The notes below the pieces were generated by a model that searched no databases, had not been told where the DNA came from, and worked only from the letters and a program-made list of their open reading frames with translations. The translations under genes and the position numbers were made by a program. From positions 1 through 64,000 of the forward strand of contig NW_014569524.1 in the NCBI RefSeq assembly GCF_000743755.1: a stretch of DNA of 64,000 bases, in the 5' to 3' direction. Below, piece after piece: positions 48,696 to 61,721 of this stretch. Each line of letters opens with the position of its first letter. Position 1 is the stretch's first letter. Source of the stretch: Blastocystis sp. subtype 4. Lineage: Eukaryota.

Positions 48696-51600
48696 TTAAA
48701 CGCGAACGTTCTTACTTCCAGAAAGATGCTCAGCATGCACCTTTCCAGCTCTCAATTGCTTAGCACCATTCTTGCTCTTCTTCGACTTTGTACGCACCCA
48801 AATATAGAAGGCAGCAATAGCAACAATAATCACAACCAAAATGACAAGGATAACAATAAGAGCAATTGAAACGCCACCCAAACCCTTTCTCTGCTGGAGA
48901 ATAGGTTCTCTGTAGAATCCAAACGAGAAACCTTCGGGTATATCAGGAATATTCGTTTTGATTCTCTCATTGATAGCATTCAATGAGTTGCTAACACTCT
49001 TCAAACCAGAAGAAGCTTCACTCTCGCTCAGAGTTACTCTTACATAAAGGGCAACGGCAGTAGTATCCTCATATTCGCTACTGATATCCTTCATATACCA
49101 CAAATCAACATTCTTTGATACGATGTTGCTAGCATCAGCAATAGCCACACGAATCGTTTCAGCCATACCAGACTCCATTTGCTCCTTCGTCACTTGAGTA
49201 AGGTAATAAATGACATCAATATAAACCTGCTTCTTAGGAGGCTCAGTCGAGCGGCACTGAGACATATCAGCCTCCTCCCATTGGGGTCTCAAAGCAGCCA
49301 GTGAACACTTACGGAACATCTCACCGAAGTAACCCTCCGGACAATCAGCAACAGCCGTCTCATCAGACATCACTCCAGGGAAACCTCCATCCTTCACACA
49401 ATAGTTCAGCTGGCAAGACATGATATCAATCACAGCCATAGACAGCTTATTAAAGCCAGAATCCGAATCCATCATCTCGAACTTGTACTGCGAGAAAGAA
49501 CTTAGATGGTTCAACATCATGAACTCTCTACGCTCTCTACGACTTGTGAACATTTGCTTAGCCTTCATGTTGAATAGATCCTCCCAATTCACTCCATCAG
49601 TAGAACCATAGAGATGGAACTCCATAGGATCACGTCCTGATATGCTAGCAGACACCAGAGACAGTCTGTTCACCCATTCCATACGATCAAAGTTGTAAGA
49701 ATAAATAGTCCAAGCAGGAGAACCATTCTCAATCCATTCAGTGCCGGTATTACGATCCCAAGCCTGAGCGGCAGAACTGGTAGGCTGGTTGAAGAAAGAA
49801 GATTCAGTAATGGTTCCTCCATCCACACGTGAAATACAATCTCCCTGAAGAGCATTAGCATAACCAGCAAACTGGATGGTACCAGTAGTTGAAGCATGCT
49901 TATGAATTTCAATAGCAATTGTATTCTTTCCATCAACAAGAATGTAACCAGGAGCACTTCCCACACGCATGTAGTAACCCTCATACTTACTAGAAGCAAG
50001 AGTAGTAGGACGAATGTTTCCAGAAGGCATATTACGACGATACACCTCCTCGCCATTCAAATAAATAATAATACCATCCTTGTACCAGACACCATACTGA
50101 ACCAGAGGATACTTAATGGCATCAGTCACCTCGAACTCATAACGGAAGTAGATGGAGTTACTAGACCAAGTTCCATACTCATATGAAGTGCTAGTGTCAC
50201 TCCATGAAGAAGCATCAAACTCACGAGCATTCCAGTTTCTAGGAGGCTCACCACTGAACAAAGCCTTCCAGATCACACCTTCAGCGGTACTGGCTGCAAC
50301 ACTGAAGTAACCAGTGTAACTATAAGCATCACGGTTAGATGTAGCAGGAATAGTAAATTCCTGAATCTGTGAGTCACTCGAATCGAACAGTCTCAAGAAA
50401 GAACCAGTGGACCAACCATCACCATAAGAATCAGACAATACTACCTTGTAGTCACCAATTTTTAGACACAAAGTAGTTGTAGTTTCAACATAATTACCGA
50501 AAACACGACCTGAAGAATGCACCTCCACTTGATCCGATTCTCTTATCACGACATAAGATTGCTCACTTCCATAAGCTGTTGTTGTCATTACAAACTTGAT
50601 AGGACTATTCTTTCCATCATCACCACACTTTACAAAGTGAACAGTCAGTGTAGCACTGGCCTCTCCAGCATCACCCCTTGCAGTAATGGTGTAAACACTC
50701 CTCAGAATACCATTCACATTAGTATTGATACGAGGATTCTCAAGGCTCAGAGTAAAATCAACTCCCAAAGAAGGCTCAGAGTAAAATCAACTCCCAAAGA
50801 AGGCTCAATGGTGATCTCCTTGTAACATCCATTAGGAATAATCTCCACAGTATCCATAGGGAAGCCGGTATACACACTCACCTCACTAACAGACAAACCA
50901 AGAGCAGTCAAAGGAGTCAGAGAGCTAGGGAAATCCCACGAATCATCATATGGTTGAGGATGGCTCTCCTCATAGGTAAAACGAACGGGCCATCTGTTGC
51001 CATCAGCACGTTGGACTTGTGTATAACATCCAGTATTATCTGTACAAGAGAGAGTAAACTTAGCAGTGGAAGAAGGAGGCATACAAATAGTAAGGGTTGT
51101 TCCAGTACTGAAATAACCATAGTAACAATTATTCAAAACAGCATTTCCAGAAGCATCATAAGTACCCATTGAACAAGTAGTAGTCGTTGTACCTTCCTTG
51201 ATGGAGAGAGAACCAGAACCACTGACCATTGTTACCAGATAGACGTCATTAGTCCAACCAGATCCCTTACAACTTCCCACTCCGAGCATCAGTGTCATAG
51301 TCATAATACCTCCAGGATTCGAAGCAGTAATCACATAAGCACGAGTTTCAGTAGGAAGATATGGAGTACCGCTGATCGTTCCAGTAGCACCATTAATGCT
51401 CAGTCCACGAGGAAGCTCTGGGTTAACAGAGTAAGAAACACCACTAGCAGTTCCAGACACGCTAATTGCACTAAGACTTTGTCCAGGATAACCAGTGATA
51501 ACATTGGTACCAACAGCAGCTCCATCCTGAACCAGATACAAACCACTAGGAGCCAACTCAAAGTACACATCAAAACGAACGGTTGTCTCAATTCTACCAT

Positions 51601-53694
51601 TAGGAGCAGTACAAGAGATAGTGTATTGAGTTAAACCCTGAACAGCAGCGGGAGTACCAGAAATTACACCAGAAGCAGGGTTAAGACTCAAACCATTAGG
51701 TAAAGCAGGTGAAGCCTGGTAATTGTTACAAGAAGCAACAGAGAACAAATGAGGATTGTTACCAACAATCTCAACACCCTGGAAATAGTGGGCCTGTTCG
51801 TAGTCATAAGAAAGCATTCCAGGAGCCAGATGGAAAATCTGATCAGCAGGAACCACTACATAATTTCCAGTAGGAGGCTGCCATTCAAGAATCAAACCCT
51901 TACTACTATCCTTCTGTTGGTAACGGATCTTGTAGTAGTAGTAGCCAGTCGAGGAAACAGCAATCGTTGCCTCCTTCTCACTCCAGGTATGGCAAGACCA
52001 GTGATCAATAAGCAAAGTCTCTTCAATACCGAACAGACGGCAAGAGTCATCACACTTCAGACGGAGCTTCCAGTTACCAATTTCAGTAAAATGGAGATAT
52101 CCTTCCCATTCAGCATAGAAATAGGTATTGAAATCAGTAGGCAATCCACTCCACACTCCAGAAGAAGTTTGCTCCCAGTTCAACTGAGCATCCAGCTTCA
52201 CAACCTTTAGATCGATCTGAGAAGGTGCCAAGTTTGTGTACATACACAATTCAGCATCGAGTACCTTGTAGTACTGACCACGGAATCCAGACATAGGAGC
52301 ATCTGAAATGATAATTTGAATCTGAGTAGAAGCAACTCCATTCACTCCAGTAGCAGTAATCGTATGATAACCAGTGTACACAGCAGAAGGCTTTCCACGA
52401 ATTTGACCACGATGCTGATCCAAAGTCATACCAGCAGGAAGAGCAGGGGTAACAGTCCATGAATCAGCACCTCCAGATACCATTTCAGGTGTATATACCT
52501 TCAATTCAGCATTAGCATATCCAGTAATCAGAGGATAGGTGATGAAAGTAGGTCCACGTCCACCAATCTTGGTCTGAGTACTATCCAAAACAGTTCGCTC
52601 AAGACCCACATCAGGTGCAGCATAGTAAAGAGACAGAGTAGCAGCTCCGTTGATCTCCAGGAACTTTACAACGAACAAATGTTTTCCAGCAGATAGATGC
52701 TTTGTGGCCGTATCGACTGAAGAACCACGACAACCATCACGGTTAATCACTTCATTTTCAAGAGAATCAATATACAAGAAGGAAGCATCATCAGAAGCCA
52801 TTTGGAAAGTGTAATCAGCCTCTACCATAGCATGGATATAACCATACATGTATGAAGTGTAGTAATCACGGAAACGCTCATCCAAACCAGGCCAAGTGTT
52901 ACCAGATCCCTCAGAATAGGAATCAGTGTAGTCAAGCTTCTGTTCTCTCTGACAGAACTGAGCAGTATTCTGATAGTAGTAATCGAAAGCAGGAGTACGA
53001 CACTCAGTAGTTCCCGACCAATAGCAACCAATATAACCATTCTCAGTCATTTCACGCTCCTCTCTTACTACAAACTTAATGGTAGTCTGAACTGAACCCA
53101 TCTGATTGCTTCCAACAACAGTATATACCTGATTGTTCGAAGCAGTGCTAGGGAACACTCCAGTGATGGTACCATCAGTTGCACTGAAATTCACTCCCTC
53201 AGGAAGAGAAGGCGAAATCGTGAAAGAATTCAGATAGGCATCCGAACGAGCAGGTACAGGCTCAATAGGAACACCAACATACTGAGTCATGGAATCAAAT
53301 CCATAACTCAGAGTTGTGGGAGCACCAATAATACCAATACGCAGCTGACTCACCCACTCCTTGAAACCAACCGAATAGGTCTTGGTTTGCTGAGGAATGG
53401 AAGGAGTACCGGTGATTTCCACAGTTCGTGTAGTACCACTTGAAATAATGTTGTAGGTCAAACCAACAGGAAGCTGAGGATTGAAACGAGGAGCATCAGT
53501 TCTTCCATAACCGGTAACAGTACATGTAACTTTCTGCAGAGGCTGGTTCACTGTACCAACTACATTCCAGTTATCACAAGTCCAATCATGAAGATTCACT
53601 GGCTCAGCAGAAACTAGAAATAAGATGAACGACATGCAACTTACTAATTGCAATCAAAAAAGAAAGCAAAACCAAAGAGTTCATCTTGCTGTAG
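48696..53694 (-). CDS. Large type I surface protein (signal peptide, putative-Ig repeats, two PA14-like and galactose-binding-like domains, TM); frameshifted near 50770
   Basis: Exon 1 MNSLVLLSFLIAI plus intron; repeats PALPxGLSLNxxxGxISGTP; PA14-like SDDASFLYID and CDDSCRLF; TM VSIALIVILVILVVIIVAIAAFYIWV then a basic tail. Split into two ORFs by a 29-bp duplication. Confidence 0.85.
50742..50799. repeat. Perfect 29-bp tandem duplication
   Basis: AAGGCTCAGAGTAAAATCAACTCCCAAAG at 50742-50770 and 50771-50799, with a third AAGGCTCA at 50800-50807. Confidence 0.97.
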
Positions 53695-53999
53695 AACAAT
53701 TATGAATGATAGCCTTACAACATCGAGATGCTACCCTCGAGTGAGCATCAAGTCGAAGAATATTCTATCGAAGGAAGTTACATTATCGATAATTGGACTT
53801 ATTTTGGTATTCACTCTATTCTCCTCGAAATCGTCTAATCATTTCATTTGTGTTTAACTCAATAACAAAGCTTACCAGCAAAATATTGTGCTAGTACAAT
53901 TAGATGAAAATCAAATCACACGATCTTGTATTTAAAAATTGATCTCGCTTGTGTAATAAAACAGTAAAATAGCATTCAAGTAATACAACAATATGATTG

Positions 54000-56900
54000 G
54001 CCGATGGGGTTCCTCCTACCCTCTTAATGGCACTTTCTTAGTTGTGGCGGAGAGCAATACTCTTCATTTACCTAAGTTTTATTTCTTATGTTCACTCTCA
54101 TACTTTTCTACTGGTACTGAACAAGATATTGCTTCGTGTTTCTCTTCTCAACATATTACATTTCTTCTATCCCTGACAATTATGGAAGACTTTAGAGTGA
54201 TGCTTACCGAAATAGTAACTTGTTTGCTTTGAGTTATTCGATTGCGTCACTGCTCCCTTTCCTGCCGTAGAGATGGAGAATAAGAATATGCACATGTTTG
54301 TGTTGAATAGGGGCTGTAACGTTCATTGAAGTAATCTGCTTTCTAATTAGTGTTGAGAGGGTAGTATACTGTTGTACGTTTATGCATCCAATTGAAATTT
54401 AAATATGTAGAGTTCTAGAAAAGATGCTTCTGTACTAGTAACAAATAACAGCATAATCGCTACAATACTACGTCCTGATATCCTTTTTGGCTTCTTTCTT
54501 AATAACAGGATTCTCAACAGGATCCACAAAAGTCAGACTTTGGAACAATTTTATTAACGCTATTAAGTCTTTTGCACTCTGAGGAACGTTTTGGACAGAT
54601 ATTGGAAGTGAAACACAATTAACTTCTTCCCCACTTAGTAAGTTGTCTCTCTTGTTGACCCCTGGATTATCCGATATTAGACTAGCTAGAGCGATTGTTG
54701 TACTTGAAATCTGATATGAAGACTTCAAATGCTTCTTGAGCAAAAGCATCAAAATTGACTTCTGGATATTCAGACAAGACTTTTGGAACGATAGATCTTC
54801 TATGAGGCCCTTTTCCCTATATATGTCTCTAATGAATTATGTTACATTTTATGAATTAGCGAATAATCCTTCTGCTCATATTTTTCCTGTCCACCAACTA
54901 TGTCAATCACTATTATTAAGGAACAATCAGTTTTGTTATTGAAGGATATCATATGTTTCACTCTGATTAATTAGCAAATATACCATTCCGTTGATAGACA
55001 CAATTACATTAATGACCTCTTCTAGCGAACTATATGGACAAACACTCAGAAATTGTGTAAAGAAAACAATTTCTTGTAGTGGTACCTCCATCTACATCAC
55101 ATCATCATCACACCACTTACATCACGATATACATGTGTCAACAGAAGAGAGATGATTTGATGACATTCTCGAATTGATTGGGATGTACACTTTTCTGATA
55201 TAATTCGATACAGACCACAAAAACAGGAATATGAGTATGAGGACAATTGATTCCTTTGGTTTGCTTCTTGAATGGAAGAGAGCATAGCAGGAACTACACG
55301 AGGAAGGAAGACACTATGATAGTTCTCATTGATATAGGATAAAAACGCTAATGCAAGATTTCGAATCTATTATTGACATACCAAAAACAACCCTACTTCT
55401 GTTGTAGGATCTGTTAACAGAGCAACTACCTTAGGAATACACTCTAATGGATATTCAAGGCCCTGTTTCACTTGAAGGAACAGAATACTTAAGCTCATCG
55501 CTCGTATTCTGGGTGAAGGATGAATGAAGTTAGTTTGAAGGGCTTTGTGGAGTTCCTTCATCATTGTAGGGAGATGACTTGTTGTAGGGATTGAATATAG
55601 CATATCACTCAACTAACAATGATCTCAAATGATCATACTCACCTTCTCATTTGATGAAGAAGTGGTTGTTATTATTGCAACTCTCTGAAGGAACTCGTGG
55701 AGAGCATGCAAAGAGACTAGTATAACATCTTCAGACGAATCTTGAAGTGCCTGATGGGTGAGATCACTCATTAAAACAAACCTGATTTAAATGATGAACA
55801 AATGAAGAAGAAATCAGATTCACACTGCGACTCATCACACGAAGATAACAGTGGAGAAGATGACAATAATACTCTCGATTTAAGGGGCCTGGAAGTTTCG
55901 TTTCTAAAGCAGTTTCTAACAGATTCTGTACAATTGGAATGAAACGACAATGCGTTTCTATTGTGATCAATCCTTCCTCATCATCATCTGGAGGAATATG
56001 AGTAAAGTCAAAGTCCCGTGATAAAACCCCCAGAACTACAATTGCCAGAATCAATGGAACTTCTTTCGCCTTATCAATAGTTTTGATTGATTGAGACAGT
56101 GTTTGTAAACTTGTATTGAGAAGAGAATATACAGATGAAGAATCCAGAGTGATATCAGCCTGAATGTGAGATTATGACACTGGGACTTACAATAACTACC
56201 ACACATTGTGAAGCCTTCTCAACAAGACTCACAGAAGTCGCTTGTTGAATGATTTGAAGAAGACATTTCTGTAGTGTACTTACAGCAGGGGAGATTTCAC
56301 ATTCACGAAGAACATTCTGCAGAATATCAAGAAGTTTTCCAGCAAGGTAAGTACGAATCTGACGTTGATTCTTCTCTGAAATTGGACTCTCTAAGAGTGA
56401 CTCCAAAGAACGTTGAATATGAAGCAATTGATGAATGAATGATTTGGGATGGATCTCAGCAAGCACACATAGAATATCCAAACATTCTCTCACCTTATCA
56501 TTCACTTCTGGTAATGTTTCTCGTAGTGTATGAAGGATCCAAGCACTCAGATCAAATAAATACTTGTCCTGTTTGTTAAAGACTTCTCCTATCTGTTTTA
56601 ATCCTTCCTCTACACGAGTGATAGCAGATCCTGATTGTGCTTTCACTTCATTCACACGTGCCGTCGTATTCTTTGCAATCATACTTAGATAGTCTAAGAA
56701 CGAAGAGCTCAAAGGAGCTCTAAACAACCAGGCATCAGCTACAGATTCCAAACATAACTTCCGTACAGCTGTTTCCTCCGAAGAAGTGAGTGCATTCAGA
56801 TTCATTCGATACAATCGTACTGCAAGTGACGTCTCACGACTCTCCTTCTGAATATTTCGTTGAAGCAAGTATAACATCAAACGATGAGTGAGTCGATAAC

Positions 56901-59563
56901 TGATTTTACGCACAGAGATTCCTCGATCAGAACAACCTTGAAGTAAAACCGGTAAGTACAGTGTTAGAAGACGCGGATACGTATCTGCTGCTGTCCACAA
57001 CAGTTTCAAATTCTTCTCTCGCACAGAAATATACGAAGAGGACATACCTCGATTCATCACAGACAGTACAGATTGACTTAAGAAGAGATGAGCTTGGGTT
57101 TGAAGAAGGAGTTCTAATGCAGTGGAGAAATAACCTTGAATACGAATGATAGGAGTATCCAATCCATTGAGAAAGAGAGAAAAGAAGAGTGATGATTGTA
57201 ATAGAGAAGGTGAATGACGAATGATTGAGAGGTAGAGAGAACCAAGAGATTTCAGATCTGGTAATGGAGACTAATCATGATCTCAGAAGAGAAAGAGGAT
57301 ACTTGATGAATGATGATAGGAGAAGGAATTGGTACTGATTGAATCAACCATTCAGATGGAGTGGAATGAAAGGATGCAGACCAAAGTAACAAGAATACAA
57401 AACACTATTGCTAAGAATAGAAGAATAAGAATCACATCATGAGCACCACGACCTTCATTCATTTGTTCATTCAATATACCAGGATGGTGTAAGGAGTATT
57501 CACAGTAATAATTCAATACTAACTGTTTCTGTTCCATTGATACATCTTTCTCTTCTTTCTTTTCTTCTATTTGCTGTTGCATACTACATGCAGGACATAA
57601 CCAGGCCTTTAGGTCTGTAGGACGTTGCAACAGACCAATACAGCTTCCATGGTACCATTTATTACACAAATCACAACATATAAAAAAGGCTAGATCTAAG
57701 GCATTCCAATACTTATCACTATTTGGAAGAGGATGACCATTTCTACACATACAACCACAGATTTCCTTTTCCATTCCTGGAATCATCAAATGCACAGGTT
57801 GTTCTTCCTCTTTAGATTCATCAAATCGACTCTGTTGTACACTCTTTCAGTAAAATTATTCTCCATATCTACCTGAGCCAACTGTACATAGCAAGCAGTG
57901 ATTTCAGTCAGTGTTTTCACCAAACGACTCTTCCCCTTTGTCATATCACTTGGCTTCATATGTGGAATCTCTCGTAATTGACTTGCAATCATCTGATTCA
58001 TGATAAACAAGAGTAATAATGCTCCTGGCCATCGAGGATCTCTGAGAATGAAACAAGTGAGATAACCTTACAAAGCACTTATCAGAAGATCTGTGTACAG
58101 TTCCTCAAGCACTGACTGATGATCTTGTGACTAGATATTATACAGTTTCCTTGCCTATACTGTCTCCAGATCAGCTGAAATACATCGTGAAAATAGATAT
58201 TCCAAAAATACGCTAAATTCTTGGAATAACGAAAGAAGAGGAGAAGTTGTTGAATTCGTATCCTTCAATAATTCCTTCTACAAATGAATAACGTTCTGAT
58301 CTCCCACAGCTATTTGAACATCAATATGAACACTTAACTGTGTCCATTGGAGAAGGAGATGAGTTATCAGATGAAGTTCAAATGATCCTGTACTGACTAA
58401 TCGCTGAACCTCTTCAAGAGAACGAGGGATCGAAGATGCATGCGAAGTGGTAAGTTTCATTGAATCCACAATCTCATCAAACAAGGAGAGAAGTATGGTT
58501 TTATGTAGTTCTGGTGACACCAAATACAGTCCCTACGAAACAACAAATACTCATTCCCTACAACACGATAATCAAATAATTCTTTGTATAGAAAGGATGA
58601 TGAAGGAGGAAGATGCCGAAGTGTCTCCCAGATCCCATCATCAATACAAATCAACATACTCTGAGGAAGAGGAAATGAATGAAGGAGAGTATTAAGTTGG
58701 GAGAGAACTGCTGTTAGTCGGGAGGGATATGGCTTCTCAGATTGAAGCTGATGGTGAAGAAGAGAACGGAGAAACACTGCTATTGATTGATAGACTTCCT
58801 CCTGTTGAAGACTACTTGTCATCTCTCAATCCAATGCATACATCTTATGAGTTGGATTTGCAGCAAGAACAGCGAAATGGAGCTGAACACCGGTTAATTG
58901 TACATCTTCAAGTGAATAATCTGATTGGTATTGATAGTGGAGAAGACGATCGAGCGATGGCAAGAAATGAACATACGAATCGATCGATGATAACTATGAT
59001 CAATCAACAAATAGAATAAATGTACCACAAAGGAGCACTCTTGAAGCAACTGAAAAAGATGTAACAGTGGACCCTGGATCTCTTTCAGAGGTTCTCCTCC
59101 TTCTTCAGATAGTGACGATGTCACAGTTTCAGACACCAGTTTCAACGCTTTATCAATTCTTTCACTTTCAGTTTCATTCAAATGCTCCAAAGACTCCACT
59201 ATAGATGTTTCACCTGTCAAGTCGGAGATCTGATTCGGAGGTGTTTTTGCTACTGGTTGGTTGGTTCGTATCGATAGCAGAGGATCCATTCGTAATTCTT
59301 TCATAGGGCTTTCTGATACTCCTACATATATGGGAACTCCACGTTTTACTGCTATTATTTCATCACTCATCTCAATATTAATACGAGAATCTGTACTCAT
59401 TCGACTAATTGGACTCATTGGAAAGGATCCATCTAGGAATCATCACAAAATCAAAAACAAAGAACATGACTTCTTTCGACGCATTGTTGGTGTTGAAGTA
59501 AGGGATTTACTTTCACAAAAATCATTCTCAAGTACAGATCTACACAGAACATACCAATTTCAT
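54000..59563 (-). CDS. SCC2: Cohesin loader Scc2/NIPBL with internal PHD finger; many exons, both ends approximate
   Basis: DPRWPGALLLL, SSYISVREKNLKLL, DRGISVRK, VKQGLEYPLECIPKVVALLTDP, LMLLLKKHLKSSYQIS; PHD FICCDLCNKWYHGSCIGL...WLCPAC. Confidence 0.85.
54910..54949 (-). other. U12-type intron (about 40 nt, probably AT-AG) in SCC2
   Basis: 5' ATATCCTT, branch point TTCCTTAAT, then AATAG; it contains an in-frame TAA. Confidence 0.72.
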
Positions 59564-59689
59564 TCACTACGTTTCATTCAAACAACTGCTCATCTCTCGA
59601 AAAATCGAGACTGGTTTTTGAATCCAATATAGATCCTGATACCTAATCCCGCCCTTTCTTCGTAACAAACAAAAGTCCAAATAGTACAG

Positions 59690-61571
59690 CTAAAGATACC
59701 GAACATCAGGCAGCATCGTCCTACAAGTGGGACACTCGAGCTTGACATCCATCCACTTATGAAGACACTCAGTATGAAAAGCATGATTGCATGGTGTAAC
59801 CATAAAGGATCCCTCATCGTCAAAATCAATACTACTCATGCAAATAGCACAATCTGGATCAAGTTGAGAATCCTACAAATCACTTTCTCATTCCAATCAA
59901 ACCGTTGTCGGCAATACATGATAATCATACTTCTTGGGTCGAAGGAACGAAGGAAGAATCAAATATGGATTGAGCCTCTGCTGTACCAAGACGAGTCCCG
60001 TCTATATAATCAGTATTACCAAATACCCACCTGAATTACAACCCAAAGGATTAAAAACCATCCGAACTTCACTGGGACCTCGATGTCAGTAAAGAGACGA
60101 ATGAGATTGTAGGGACATGCGACATAGTAAAGAGGAAGGAAGAGCTTGAAGACAGAAGTTAGAATAATGTGTTTGGTACTGAAAGGAGGACGCTGTCCTA
60201 ATTGAAGAGATCGAATGATCTAAATAACGAATTGAAGAATAAGCTTACTTGAGGTACCCAAAATGAATAGAGAACAAGTATCAGAATATAACCAAGAATC
60301 GTACGAGTATAAACAGAAACCAATGTAACAATGATCAACAAATACAGACCAAAGAACACTGCAGACAACTTTCGTTGATATAACATATAATTATCTGCAT
60401 TGATATCAGGGTAACGCGATCTCCAAATGACAAATATCAGACGCATTTCAATCATCGAAAACACGAACAATTTGTTAAATGAAATCAAATAGAATTCTGA
60501 AAAGAGTCCTAAGAAAAACACACTCGCCATACTATGTAACATGGCCACTAGCAGATCGATCGCGGAGATGAAAATAAAAAGGATCAAAGAAGCAGCTGAA
60601 GCCGAAGCAATCAATAAGTGTCGCATCTGCTGCACATAAAGAAAACTCTCTCCAAGAGTGACGAGAATCAATATACTTGTATAGATACGACTCTTCTTGG
60701 TAATATGGTTTGTATCCATATTAAATCCACTGAAAGATAGAGATACATCAATATTGCAGTTTGTAGATTCTAATACTCCAGTGGCATTGAGCAACATACG
60801 ATTGTGCTTGTTGTGAGAGATCTCGGGATCCAGTCCATTCTCCAAATGCAACAAATTCATATCCATTCGATACAAACAACGATTTGATTTCTCAGGTAGT
60901 AAAGAAGGAGGAGTTAGATAGTAACAGCTCATGCCATTTGAAGTATAACCAATCTTCTCAGGAAATTGATTCGTTATATTGAACATATTCTGGGTATCAG
61001 TTGTCTCCCAAATCAACGCAAAACGACCACCACGAGAATTTGCATAAAGGCTTAACTGGCCTGTATATATGAAATAAACCCCTAAGAGAGATAATGACAA
61101 AGCATCATCCTTCGAATCTTGATCCCCTTCAATCATCGTCATAACTCCTGAAATCTGATGAATACCATATTGTAAGTATCCTCGGTCATATAACTGAATT
61201 GACAATGATCCTTCTTCACCTTGTAGAGTCGAATTATTAGGATCTCTGGTTTGTTGCTCAATTAGCCCTAACAGCATTTTCTTTGGCTTCCAGGGGTTCT
61301 CATTCTTCCGACGATTCCACTTGCCCAAATAGATACCCGATATATTGTAAGGAAAATGTTCAGAAGAGTTCTGCATAGCACGGATATCCATTTCAAGCTG
61401 ACTCTCAAGTGCCTTTCGTTCCTTTCGTTGTTTTTGTATCGTGTCTTCATCTCGTAAGTTGGAGGATTTACCACTATTCTGATCAGGACTGAGAAGGAGA
61501 ATCATCAACACTACCAATAATATCACACGGCAAGGGTCCAGGGGACTCCGTGCTCCTTCTTCCTCAATCAT
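59690..61571 (-). CDS. Tul1/FLY-type transmembrane RING-H2 E3 ubiquitin ligase
   Basis: Lumenal domain NISGIYLGKW, multiple TMs, FSMIEMRL, LYSFWVPQI, LYYVACP; RING DCAICM...MVTPCNHAFHTECLHKWMDVKLECPTCR. Confidence 0.9.
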
Positions 61572-61721
61572 TGACGTAAGACAGGTGAACGATTGACGGA
61601 TTCTTCAGTCAATTAGGCTGGCGTAAAAGGGGATCCCAACAAACATAGAACACAAATTAACAAACTCAGATGTAACTTCTATTACTTTAGAACTGCAGCT
61701 TCGTGTTCATCCTTACAAATA

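Noticed and set aside
50742..50799. Intron gain by tandem duplication
   Set aside because: The unit lacks AGGT; the GT...AG candidate is 30 nt, not 29, and the only frame-restoring one is 17 nt, well below local intron sizes.
57270..57302. GTATCCTC donor in SCC2 as a fourth U12 intron
   Set aside because: No CCTTAA-like branch point, and the ~32 nt length fits ordinary U2 introns.
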